A stretch of 64,000 nucleotides of DNA from an uncultured Candidatus Saccharibacteria bacterium (GCA_964363475.1 CAYIII010000001.1:2170-66169); one strand, 5' to 3'; counted from the stretch's first letter, positions 1 through 8,596 are shown. Notes: generated from the sequence alone by a model not told the origin. Numbers and translations are program-made.

Positions 1-160
1 CAATTTTATAGTTTTCAATACATTGATTTACTGCCACCCTTGCTTCTTCTTCAGATATTCTCATTTTTTCTGCAACTTTCTTTATTTTTTCATCTTCTTC
101 CATTTTTAAGCGTTTTTTAAAACCCTCTATTATCGTTTCAATCGTCTTTTTATCCATCAT
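1..160 (-). CDS. hypothetical protein, 5' part only; the ORF runs off the window start
   Basis: Minus-strand ORF starting MMDKKTIETIIEGFKKRLKMEEDEKIKKVAEKMRISEEE..., open to position 1. Confidence 0.3.
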   Translation of the reverse strand, partial: MMDKKTIETIIEGFKKRLKMEEDEKIKKVAEKMRISEEEARVAVNQCIENYKI

Positions 161-399
161 ACCAGCGGGAGGGGGGTTGTTAGGATTGGGAGGAAAGACA
201 AGGGGAACGGGAGGCGGAATAAAAACGGGTGGACGAAAAATTTCTGATACTAAAGATAATAAAGAAGACCAGAGGTTTAAGGGACTTTTAGTTAATTGGT
301 TATTACCTTGGGCAAAAACCAAAGAAATTCCCGTTAAAAAAACAAACAATCCAAAAAAAAGTGTTTTTCTAAAAATCACACTTTTATTATAACACACCA

Positions 400-625
400 A
401 CAAACCCCACCTTACATCCTTCATCACTTCACAAACAAAATATCAATTACCAATTTTCAATTTACAATCAATTTTCAATTATCAATTTTCAATAAAATCC
501 CAAATCCCAATGACCAATGTCCAACAAAATCCCAAAATCTCAAATCCCAATAACCAATTATCAATTGCCAATTTACAATCAATTTTCAATTACCAATTAT
601 CAATTATTGATAATTAGGTCTTTTG
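400..625. repeat. Satellite-like low-complexity region of degenerate 6-9 nt units (CAATTTT, CCAATTA, AAATCCCAA), containing about four copies of the AAATCCCAA motif
   Basis: Direct reading. The motif CAAATCCCAATGACCAA here matches the 14-nt units inserted in folD (1028-1058) and resembles the 17302-17411 segment. Confidence 0.6.
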
Positions 626-636
626 TTTTAGATATA

Positions 637-936
637 AACAACCACCCTCTTTCTCGACGAGGCCGTGGAGGCGAATAAGTTGGGGGGTGGCTGGTGTTTG
701 TTGAGAAAGGCGTCTCGGAAGCCGAGCGGGCATGGTACCAGCAGTCTTGTTATAATATTCTATTAACAAGACTGCTGGTGAGCGAGGCTGAGAGTCGAGT
801 GGTGATTTTCTCGCTGGAGAAAATCAACCACGTACTTTCGAGACAAACACCAGACAGGACCCCCCCTTCTTTTATATGAGCCGTAACACCTGCCTGCCGG
901 TAGGCAGGGGTTGAGGAGAGGAAGAGGGTGGTTGTT
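637..936. repeat. Structured repeat element, copy A. Its 5' end AACAACCACCCTCTTTCTC (637-655) pairs with its 3' end GAGGAAGAGGGTGGTTGTT (918-936) in a 19-bp helix. Candidate ncRNA or MITE-like structured repeat
   Basis: Nucleotides 643-677 are identical to 27327-27361 of copy B. The 3' block TATATGAGCCGTAACA...GGTTGAGGAGAGGAAG is conserved, and the terminal helix shows a compensatory pair change versus copy B. There are internal variable hairpins (cagcagtcttgtta...taacaagactgctg, cctgcc...ggcagg). Confidence 0.6.
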
Positions 937-1717
937 AATTCTCTTTATTTAATTTATAAAAATTCTCAAAAAGTTTTGCCACCAAAATAGGGCCGGTACC
1001 GCCGGGAGTAGGGGTGTAAAAACCTAATTTGGTCATTGGGATTTGGTCATTGGGATTTTTAAGGTCTGGCGGAAAACCAAAATCTATAATCCCCGCTCCC
1101 TCTTTAAGCCATTCGGGGTCAATTAAATCCTTTTGTCCAACGCCGGTAATAATCAAATCCGCGCCTAATAAAAACTTAGCCAGATTCTTTGTCTTGCTGT
1201 CCGCTATTTTAAATTTTAAATTTTCCCGCCCCAGCCACTTGATAACCGGCTGGCCAACCAACTTCCCCTTCCCCACCACAATAATTTTTAAACTATTCAA
1301 ATTTTTGACGCCCGCCCAATCCAACACCTCCTTAACCACTCCAACCACCGGTGGCTCAACCAGCGCGCCGGCAGTAAGAGCGTCCACATCTTTTTTCGCG
1401 TCAATATTAGACAATACTTTTTCCCTGTCAAATTTTTTTGGCAAAGGAAGCTGAACAATTACGCCGCCAATATTAAAATCGCCGGATATTTTCTTAACTT
1501 TTTCTTCCAAATCTTCTTGAGAAACCAAATCTGACAACTGATATATATCAAATCTAATGCTCAAAATACCCGCAATCTTTTCTTTTATTTTTAAAAAGGA
1601 CTGAGACGCTTTGTCATTACCCACTAAAATAGCGGCCAGAATTTTATCAGGAACAGGACTCGCCCTCAACCTCTCAACTATTTTGCCGGCAATTAATCTG
1701 CCGTCCACTTTTTGCAT
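935..1717 (-). CDS. folD: bifunctional methylenetetrahydrofolate dehydrogenase/cyclohydrolase FolD
   Basis: 260-aa ORF with FolD-like motifs (GRLIAGK, VQLPLP, TPTPGGTGP); overlaps glyA. Contains an in-frame tandem 14-nt repeat insertion at 1028-1058. Confidence 0.85.
   Translation of the reverse strand: MQKVDGRLIAGKIVERLRASPVPDKILAAILVGNDKASQSFLKIKEKIAGILSIRFDIYQLSDLVSQEDLEEKVKKISGDFNIGGVIVQLPLPKKFDREKVLSNIDAKKDVDALTAGALVEPPVVGVVKEVLDWAGVKNLNSLKIIVVGKGKLVGQPVIKWLGRENLKFKIADSKTKNLAKFLLGADLIITGVGQKDLIDPEWLKEGAGIIDFGFPPDLKNPNDQIPMTKLGFYTPTPGGTGPILVAKLFENFYKLNKEN
1028..1058. repeat. Intragenic tandem duplication of a 14-nt unit (TTGGTCATTGGGAT x2) in folD, encoding ...KNPNDQIPMTK...
   Basis: Direct reading. 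Its reverse complement AATCCCAATGACCA x2 matches the AAATCCCAATGACCAA motif of the 400-625 satellite. Confidence 0.7.
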
Positions 1718-2907
1718 AATAACTCAATTTCCTTTTTTATTTTTGATGGTTTTTCTTTTTTTATTAATACTCTCTCAAACCAATCGGCAATTTTCCCCAT
1801 TTCCGCCTCTTTCATTCCTTGAGTCGTAACAGCGGGCGTGCCTAAACGCAAACCGGTTGGATAAAACGGCGAAGCGTCTCCCACGAGGGCGTTGCGGTTG
1901 GTCATAATCCCCGCTTCCTCAAGCAAGTTCTGGGACTTATGGCCATCTGAACCAAAACCCTTACAATCCAGCAGAATTATATGATTGTCCGTACCGCCAG
2001 TAACAAGCGTAAAATTGCGAGCCATTAATGCTTCCGCTAATTTCTTGGCATTTTTAATAATCTGCTTGCCATAATTTCTGAAAGAAGAATGGTTGGCCTC
2101 AAAAGCCATCAGGGCCTTAGCCGCTATTTCCTGATTATGAGGACCGCCTTGTAAGCCCGGAAAAACCGCCCTGTCAATTCTGTCCGCTAAATCTTTCTTG
2201 CAAAAAATAACAGCGCTACGAGGGCCTCTTAATGTTTTGTGCGTAGTTGTCATAACAACATCCGCATCCGCAAAAGGAGAGGGATGAACGCCGGCAACAA
2301 CCAGCCCCGCGATATGTGAAATATCCGCCACATAATAAGCGCTGACTTTTTTTGATATTCTCCCAAATTCAGAAAAATCAATTTTTCTGGGATAAGATGA
2401 TGCTCCGGAAATAATTATTCTGGGCTGTTGTTCAGCGGCCATCTTTTCAACATCTTTGTAATTTATCAAGCCAGTTTCCGGGTCAACTCCGTATTGAACG
2501 GACTTGTAATACAAACCGGAAAAATTAACTTTATGCCCATGCGTTAAATGGCCACCGGCCGGCAAGGACATGCCCATTATAGTTTCTCCGGGTCGCAATA
2601 AAGAAAAATATATGGCTAGATTTGCGGATGAACCGGAATAGGGCTGAACATTTACATGCCAGTCATTATTTAATTTGAAAAGTTTTTTGAGCCGTTCAAT
2701 GGCCAACAGCTCAATTTTGTCATAAATCTCATTGCCGGAATAATAACGCTTCCCCGGATAACCTTCAGAGTATTTATTGGTCAAAACCGACCCCAAAACC
2801 CGCCTTATTTCTGGAGATACATAGTTTTCCGAAGCAATAAGATTTATAGTCGCGGCTTGTCTTTTTTCCTCGGTTCTTATCAGTTTTTCCAGTATTTTAT
2901 CATTCAT
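1693..2907 (-). CDS. glyA: serine hydroxymethyltransferase
   Basis: 404-aa ORF carrying the SHMT signature (SGSSANLAIY, TTTHKTLRGPR). Confidence 0.92.
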   Translation of the reverse strand: MNDKILEKLIRTEEKRQAATINLIASENYVSPEIRRVLGSVLTNKYSEGYPGKRYYSGNEIYDKIELLAIERLKKLFKLNNDWHVNVQPYSGSSANLAIYFSLLRPGETIMGMSLPAGGHLTHGHKVNFSGLYYKSVQYGVDPETGLINYKDVEKMAAEQQPRIIISGASSYPRKIDFSEFGRISKKVSAYYVADISHIAGLVVAGVHPSPFADADVVMTTTHKTLRGPRSAVIFCKKDLADRIDRAVFPGLQGGPHNQEIAAKALMAFEANHSSFRNYGKQIIKNAKKLAEALMARNFTLVTGGTDNHIILLDCKGFGSDGHKSQNLLEEAGIMTNRNALVGDASPFYPTGLRLGTPAVTTQGMKEAEMGKIADWFERVLIKKEKPSKIKKEIELLCKKWTAD

Positions 2908-2989
2908 AATAATTAACGCCTTAACTCTAGTGGAGTTCGCGCAAAAAATCCATTTATTAAAAAATCTGTTTATATTCTATACTTAATAA

Positions 2990-4312
2990 GTGGAGTTGCT
3001 TAACTGGCGAAATCTGTTAATTGTCTTTATTCTTTGGGGACTGATATTTTCAGGGGGACTGTTTTGGCAGGAGAAACTTTCCGAACAAACCAATCAAAGA
3101 TACAAGATAGCTAGAAAAACAATCGAACTTCCGCCCGTTAAAGAATTTACATTTGATAAGCCGACCGCGGAAGAACAAAAAAAGATTGAGGTTGAAGAAG
3201 AAAATTTCAAAAAGAACGACGAAGAAGAACTGGTAACCATACCTCTTAAAAGCGCCATCAAAGTTTTTCAGTGCGATAAAAAAAACTGTGGTCTTCTTGG
3301 AAAATTTGACCCGGGCACAGAGTTAAAATTTAATCTGCAATTAATTGACCCAGATTCGAAATGGCTTTCAGTTCCATGGCCCGACCCAAGCGCCGGACCA
3401 AAAACGGGATATATTCAGATTATCGACCTTGAAACAGCCGTTCAAGAGCCACCGATATTACCGCAGGTTATTCTTGATGTTACGGACATTAAACTTGAGC
3501 CGATAAATCCGGTGGATATTAATCCTCAAACGATAGTGGGGATAATGTGCGAATTTTATAATCCTGAAACCAAAGAAACCAAAACGACAAGGGGCTCGGG
3601 GGTCATAGTCACCGATGAGGGACATATATTAACCGCGAGAAGTTTGATAAACCTAAATTATCTGAACGAGGGACTGGAAAATTTTAAAATAGAAAATTGC
3701 CTGGTCGGCTCCATACCGCAGTCAGAGTCACTCCCGTCATTAGAAGCTATTCAGCGACTTAACGCCTTCGCGCGCATTCCTCTTTTGCCCTACATCGCCG
3801 AAGTATTTTACGCGCCCAATGAAATCGGGCTAAGCGAATATGAGAAATCATGGCTTGATTTTTCCATAATACAAATTAACGACCTTAATCCCGACGCTAA
3901 ATTTTTCGGCATCACTAAAATCCCCGATAAATTTCCTTATGCTCCGATGTTAATATCCGACATACCAAAAATTAACGAAATGGTTCTTAGTTTCGGCTTC
4001 CCCAGCGAAGCCACCGTGAGCAATAAAACAGACACAAAAACATTATTTATACAGGGGTTAATAAGCCGCGTTGTCAATTATTGGGCCGGAGACAGCAGAT
4101 ATGACGAGGACCTTTTTATGATAGAAACACGTCCGGACGCGGGAGGCACATCGGGAGGACGTTTTGGCTCTCCTATTTTTTGGAAGGGCTATGTAATAGG
4201 CATTCATACCGTTAAACAAAGAGAATCCCTTCAGGTATTTAACATAAGCGCCAAAGCAATTTTGGCAAACTTATACGATAACGGCATCGGGGTCCTTCTA
4301 GAAGTTTATTAG
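2990..4312 (+). CDS. membrane-anchored trypsin-like (S1/chymotrypsin-fold) serine protease domain protein
   Basis: N-terminal TM segment. C-terminal domain has a His motif (GSGVIVTDEGHILTARS) and a Ser motif (GGTSGGRFGSPIF). Paralog of the 8636..9610 protein. Confidence 0.6.
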   Translation: MELLNWRNLLIVFILWGLIFSGGLFWQEKLSEQTNQRYKIARKTIELPPVKEFTFDKPTAEEQKKIEVEEENFKKNDEEELVTIPLKSAIKVFQCDKKNCGLLGKFDPGTELKFNLQLIDPDSKWLSVPWPDPSAGPKTGYIQIIDLETAVQEPPILPQVILDVTDIKLEPINPVDINPQTIVGIMCEFYNPETKETKTTRGSGVIVTDEGHILTARSLINLNYLNEGLENFKIENCLVGSIPQSESLPSLEAIQRLNAFARIPLLPYIAEVFYAPNEIGLSEYEKSWLDFSIIQINDLNPDAKFFGITKIPDKFPYAPMLISDIPKINEMVLSFGFPSEATVSNKTDTKTLFIQGLISRVVNYWAGDSRYDEDLFMIETRPDAGGTSGGRFGSPIFWKGYVIGIHTVKQRESLQVFNISAKAILANLYDNGIGVLLEVY

Positions 4313-5323
4313 AAAAAACCATAAAATTTTTTGCCGCCACCAGCTGTTTTTTAATTGAAAATCCAATTTTTCCCCCTCCTTCTTCCAACTTTCTATTATA
4401 GAAATAAGTTTATTTATCATATTTTGTTTTTGAAAAACAACTCCCCCTTCCATCATATTATTAAAACTCAAAGCATCAATGTTTTGGGAACCGACCAGGG
4501 CTTCGGTTTTATCAATCAATAACGCCTTGGCATGAATCATTTTTTTAACAAAATAAAAATTGATGCCCGGACGATAAACCAAAGAAGCAAAAAAGTGATT
4601 TGCCAGATTCATAACAAATACATCTGTTTTCTTCGGCAAAAGAATGTCAATAATCGCGCCACGTTCAACGGCTTTGTATAAAGATTTTACCAGCCAAGGG
4701 TAAGGAACGAAGTAGGGAGTGATAATTGTAATGTTATTTTTCGCCTCCGATAAGACCTTTTGATAATGTTTTTTTAGAACATATTTTTTGCGTCCGGGCC
4801 AATGTTCAATGACTTTTATCTTTAATTTGCCTATAATTGATTTTTTAACGCTGATTCTGTCCCGTCCGCCGGAAAAATAATAGGTCTTCACGAAAGAGCG
4901 CAGTAAATAATTTACGATTCTGCCCTCTAATCTGATATGAAGGTCAAGCCAATGACGATGATGCTTGGCCAAATTAACTCCGCCGATAAAAGCTATTTTT
5001 TCATCAATGATTAGCAATTTTTTGTGATTTCTGCCCAATAAGCCGTGTCCTTTAAAAAATAAAATTTCCGCACCGGCGTCTTCCAGTGCCTTTCTTGTTT
5101 TAGAGCTCAAGAAAAAACTTCCCCAATAATCGGCAATAATTTTGACACTTAATCCCGCCTCCGCCTTTTCTTTTAAAGTATCAAAAATTTTTTGATTAAG
5201 TTCATCGCCATCGGTGTCAAGCAAAATATAACTTTCCCAATAAATAGATTTTTGGCTTAATTTTAACGCTTCTAACATCCCCTCCCAGGTCTTTTCCGAG
5301 GTTGTATAAAATTTATATCTCAT
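4298..5323 (-). CDS. phospholipase D / cardiolipin synthase-like protein with two HKD motifs
   Basis: Two HxKx4D motifs: HKKLLIID and HAKALLID. Confidence 0.75.
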   Translation of the reverse strand: MRYKFYTTSEKTWEGMLEALKLSQKSIYWESYILLDTDGDELNQKIFDTLKEKAEAGLSVKIIADYWGSFFLSSKTRKALEDAGAEILFFKGHGLLGRNHKKLLIIDEKIAFIGGVNLAKHHRHWLDLHIRLEGRIVNYLLRSFVKTYYFSGGRDRISVKKSIIGKLKIKVIEHWPGRKKYVLKKHYQKVLSEAKNNITIITPYFVPYPWLVKSLYKAVERGAIIDILLPKKTDVFVMNLANHFFASLVYRPGINFYFVKKMIHAKALLIDKTEALVGSQNIDALSFNNMMEGGVVFQKQNMINKLISIIESWKKEGEKLDFQLKNSWWRQKILWFFLINF

Positions 5324-5942
5324 CCTTTAAATTAACGGCTCCTTCCCTTAAAATTTGGGGCGGATTGGAAGTAACGTCAATAATTGTGGAAGAAACTCCG
5401 AAACTTTTCAAAGTTCCCCCATCCAGAATCAGATCAACGGAATCAAGAAGTGATTCGGGAATGTCATTAACCGTTAAAATACTATTTTGTCCGGATAAAT
5501 TAGCAGAGGTGCCAATAATGGGTAATTGCAGTTCTTTTATAAGATCGGTCGCTATCCTGTTTTTGGGCCAACGCACGGCTACTTTATCGCTATTAGCCGT
5601 CACCTCGCTGGAAACTTTTTTATTTTTGTAAAAAACAATTGTTAATTGGCCCGGCCAATATTTTTTTATCAGTTCTTTTGCCAATGGAGGTATTTCTTTT
5701 ACTAAAATTTCCAATTGCTTAATGTTGGCGATTAAAATCGGAAGCGCTTTGTTCTCCTTTCTTTTTTTGGCCAAAAAAATCTTTTTTACCGCATTTACAT
5801 TAAACGCATCACATCCTATTCCATAAACAGTATCAGTCGGAAAAATAACCAAACCACCGCTCCTCATAACAGAAGCGGCCTTTTTGATATTAACTGCGGT
5901 AGGCCTTAAAATCTTTTGGGCTTTTTGTTGTTCTAATTCCAT
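5313..5942 (-). CDS. tsaC: L-threonylcarbamoyladenylate synthase (Sua5/YrdC/TsaC family)
   Basis: Motifs FPTDTVYGIGCDAFN and RWPKNRIA typical of YrdC. Confidence 0.8.
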   Translation of the reverse strand: MELEQQKAQKILRPTAVNIKKAASVMRSGGLVIFPTDTVYGIGCDAFNVNAVKKIFLAKKRKENKALPILIANIKQLEILVKEIPPLAKELIKKYWPGQLTIVFYKNKKVSSEVTANSDKVAVRWPKNRIATDLIKELQLPIIGTSANLSGQNSILTVNDIPESLLDSVDLILDGGTLKSFGVSSTIIDVTSNPPQILREGAVNLKDEI

Positions 5943-7152
5943 TGTGATTTAAAAATTTTGATCCGAGCAAAATACTTGCCGCTAATATTAAAACGGCGCT
6001 TATTATAAATGGAAAAAAAGACCCATATTTTTGCCAAACAAATCCCGCTGTTATATTACCAATAATAGTGGAAAAGCCAATCACGGTATGATAAAGGCCA
6101 AAGGCCTCTCCTCGATTTTCTTTGAAGGATAAATCAGAAACAAATGCCTTCAAAACGCCGTCTGTAATACCGATAAATAAACCGTACAACACAAATAAGG
6201 GCCAAAGATAAGCTGTGTCGGTAACATAGGCAAAACCGATGTTAACTAAGGCAAATAATACAAAAGCCGATACCAATACCGGCACTCGCCCAACTTTATC
6301 AGAAAAACTTCCGGAAGGATAAGCGCTGGAAGCATAAAAAATATTGTAAAACAGATAAAGAACGGGGATTAAAAATATAGCCATCCGCAATTCATTGGCT
6401 TTTAAAATATAAAAAGAATAACTGTAATTTGCCAGACCGAAAAGCGCCGCTATTATTAAAAAAAATTTGAAATCAAAAGAAAATTTACCAAATTGAAAAA
6501 TTTTTTTAATTTCTCTGGAAGAATGCTTGCTTCCATCTTGATGCGGAGAAACTTCTTTAACAAAGAAAAGGAGGGATATGCCGATGACGGCGGGAATAAA
6601 AGACAGTAGAAGTATGAGCCGAATAGCATCTGCGACGGCTTTATTGTCAAAGTTACCAAAAGATTGAAAATAATAAAGTATAAGTATGGCAATAAGAGTA
6701 CCGATAACGGCGCCCAAAGTGTCGCTTGCGCGATGCAGGCCAAAATATTTACCTCGCTCTTCAGGACTCACCGATTCCGCAATTAAAGCGTCTCTGGGAG
6801 AAGTGCGAACGCCCTTGCCAATTCTATCCAAAGAACGAAAAAATAAGATAGACAGAGGACTGGCGGCCAAAGCAAAAAATAATTTAGAAACCGCGCTCAA
6901 ACTGTAACCCAAAAGCGTTAACTCCTTGCGACGGTGAATAACATCCGATAAATATCCTGAAAAATATTTCAATAAAGACGCCAACCCCTCCGCTATCCCC
7001 TCAATAACGCCAATCATTGAAAATGAGGCGCCTAAAACATTTTTTAGAAAAATAGGCAAAATGGGAAAAATCATTTCCGAGCTTATATCGGTAAAAAAAG
7101 ATGTGGCCGACAGCCACCAAACATTGGATTTAAGATTTTTTTTGTTTTCCAT
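5890..7152 (-). CDS. MFS transporter
   Basis: 420 aa, about 12 predicted TM segments, MFS-like loop motifs. Confidence 0.65.
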   Translation of the reverse strand: MENKKNLKSNVWWLSATSFFTDISSEMIFPILPIFLKNVLGASFSMIGVIEGIAEGLASLLKYFSGYLSDVIHRRKELTLLGYSLSAVSKLFFALAASPLSILFFRSLDRIGKGVRTSPRDALIAESVSPEERGKYFGLHRASDTLGAVIGTLIAILILYYFQSFGNFDNKAVADAIRLILLLSFIPAVIGISLLFFVKEVSPHQDGSKHSSREIKKIFQFGKFSFDFKFFLIIAALFGLANYSYSFYILKANELRMAIFLIPVLYLFYNIFYASSAYPSGSFSDKVGRVPVLVSAFVLFALVNIGFAYVTDTAYLWPLFVLYGLFIGITDGVLKAFVSDLSFKENRGEAFGLYHTVIGFSTIIGNITAGFVWQKYGSFFPFIISAVLILAASILLGSKFLNHNGIRTTKSPKDFKAYRS

Positions 7153-7777
7153 AAATATAAAAATAAATGACGCTAGAAATAAATATAATTATTAAGGCAA
7201 TTAAAAAATATTTTTCAAAGGCGGCAATTTGCCAAGCGTATTTTTCATATTCTTTTCCTAAATACCATCCCAAAAGAGATAAACTAGTTACACGAATAAA
7301 GGTGCCGAAAAAGGTAGTAAGTAAAAATTCACGCAAATTTAAACGAATCAATCCGCAAAAAATAGTGACTGTGCTAACAGGCAAAATAGGCACGATTCGT
7401 AAAAATAGTAACGCAAATTCATCAATATGGCCAGAAGTAAATTTTTTATTCAATTTTTCTATTTTCTGCCAATTTAAATTGATATATCTCCCCCATTTTT
7501 CAACAAAAGGTTTGCCCCCCCAGTAAACCAGACGATATAATAAGAAACTTCCTAAAGTTACTCCTAACGCGCCCGGCAATCCTATTTTAAATATGGATGT
7601 CACCACCGCATAAAAACCGCTTGCATAGGGATCAATTAATAAAAAACCGATGGCTATAAAAATTATTGAAGATGGAATAAAAACGACTATTTCTTCAATT
7701 ACGCCCAATAAAAAAACCGCCGCTAAACCATAAGCGGCAACAAAATATCTCATCAACTCTAGATAATCGTTAACCAT
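7130..7777 (-). CDS. DedA/SNARE-associated (TVP38) family membrane protein
   Basis: 215-aa hydrophobic protein with a DedA-like core (GLIRLNLREFLLTTFFGTFIRV). Confidence 0.6.
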   Translation of the reverse strand: MVNDYLELMRYFVAAYGLAAVFLLGVIEEIVVFIPSSIIFIAIGFLLIDPYASGFYAVVTSIFKIGLPGALGVTLGSFLLYRLVYWGGKPFVEKWGRYINLNWQKIEKLNKKFTSGHIDEFALLFLRIVPILPVSTVTIFCGLIRLNLREFLLTTFFGTFIRVTSLSLLGWYLGKEYEKYAWQIAAFEKYFLIALIIIFISSVIYFYIYGKQKKS

Positions 7778-7834
7778 TTTGTAATTATAATAGCATTATG
7801 GGGTGTCTGACGGGAATCGAAACCATATAACAGG

Positions 7835-7906
7835 GGAGGCATACCAGGATCGAACTGGCGCTAAGGCTGCCACAGAGCCTTGTGCTACCACTACACCAAT
7901 GCCTCC
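7835..7906 (-). tRNA. tRNA-His (anticodon GTG) with an encoded G-1
   Basis: Cloverleaf folded by hand: acceptor GAGGCAT/ATGCCTC, anticodon loop CTGTGGC, T-loop TTCGATC. The extra 5' G pairs with discriminator C, a His identity element. Confidence 0.8.
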
Positions 7907-7909
7907 ATA

Positions 7910-8255
7910 TTAACGAATAATTAACCTACGAACATAACCATGATCTAATCCGAGATGCTTGCCTATAGATCTATAAGACAGACCTTTTTCCCTGAGCAAC
8001 TTACACTTATTTTCTTTACTTTGCAACAACTTCCTCTTTTGATTATGAATCATTAGCAACAGAGTAAACCCAACTGTCCTTCCAATGTTCTTTTCTCTTC
8101 CTTGTTTTAAATATATTCCCCATATTAGAAAATGTTTTAATTTTTTGTAGAACTTCTTCATTAGTTTGAGGAATTGAAATACGATAATTAGTTGGATCGT
8201 GCTTTAAAATACTGCCTTCACCGTCAAAAAAACCAGCTATATAATTCCAATCCAT
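7910..8255 (-). pseudogene. free-standing LAGLIDADG homing endonuclease, apparently frameshifted into two overlapping ORFs (8043..8255 and 7910..8161)
   Basis: The N-terminal ORF contains IAGFFDGEGSI, a LAGLIDADG motif. The second, out-of-frame ORF has an HTH-like C-terminus (LSYRSIGKHLGLDHGYVRRL). It lies between tRNA-His and the intron-containing tRNA. Confidence 0.55.
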
Positions 8256-8293
8256 TGTCTAATTATATCTTACTTGGTGACAAAGTTATATTG

Positions 8294-8596
8294 TGCCGCG
8301 GGGGTGAATCGAACACCCGACGCCAGCCTCTTCCAAGGCTTAGTTTGGACTATCTCATCCCCGTCTAGCGGGGCCGGGCGCTATTTGCAAGATTATTGTT
8401 GGGACTCACTCGCTAGTCTCTACACCTTCCAAAAAACCTTCCGCCTCCGCCGATTAGCAGATGCGGGGCCCTTCTTGGCTTGGCTCGGGATAGCCGCTTA
8501 TCGCGATTCCCCCGAATTCACCCGGTTATTCAATCTGCATTACTGCAGAAGGCCCCAAAGATTTAGGGCTGCGCTCTACCACTGAGCTACCGCGGC
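8294..8596 (-). tRNA. tRNA-Phe (anticodon GAA) interrupted by a 231-nt group I intron between positions 33 and 34
   Basis: Exon 1 is 8565..8596 and exon 2 is 8294..8333. They ligate to a 72-nt cloverleaf (GCCGCGG acceptor, TAGCTCAGTGGTAGAGC D-arm, anticodon loop CTGAAGA, T-loop TTCGATT, discriminator A). The splice site is supported by P1 (exon GCCCU with IGS GGGGC, U.G at the junction) and P10 (exon 2 GAAG with CUUU). Confidence 0.75.
8334..8564 (-). ncRNA. group I self-splicing intron in the tRNA-Phe anticodon loop
   Basis: The internal guide sequence CUUUGGGGC follows the 5' splice site, and the intron ends in G. R-like (UAGAGACUAGCG) and S-like (GAGAUAGUCC) elements could form P7 (GACUA/UAGUC). 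Confidence 0.7.

Noticed and set aside
177-392. 71-aa Gly/Lys-rich plus-strand ORF
   Set aside because: Low-complexity sequence overlapping the likely N-terminal region of the partial minus-strand gene. No start-site support.
400-625. Possible CRISPR array, suggested by the short repeated units at 400-625 and the 57-bp direct repeats at 17245-17468
   Set aside because: The repeat units are degenerate and 6-14 nt long with no regular repeat-spacer periodicity. The 57-bp repeats occur only twice, with a structured spacer, and no cas genes are nearby.
639-680. Alternative tmRNA 5' ends (GGGGGTG at about 690, GGGGCTG at about 27297) near the structured repeat copies
   Set aside because: The true tmRNA 5' end, with the UUCGACGG motif and perfect acceptor pairing, is at 28867, directly upstream of the 3' tRNA-like domain. 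The other G-runs are coincidental.
694-879. 61-aa ORF inside structured element copy A (and likewise the 75-aa ORF 27282..27509 inside copy B)
   Set aside because: They lie entirely within a conserved, helix-closed non-coding element, and the two copies do not conserve an ORF. Chance ORFs.
1029-1454. 141-aa plus-strand ORF
   Set aside because: Antisense within folD, Ser/Pro-rich low-complexity translation; not credible.
8274-8585. 103-aa ORF on the plus strand
   Set aside because: Antisense to the intron-containing tRNA-Phe gene; an artefact of the GC-richer intron sequence.
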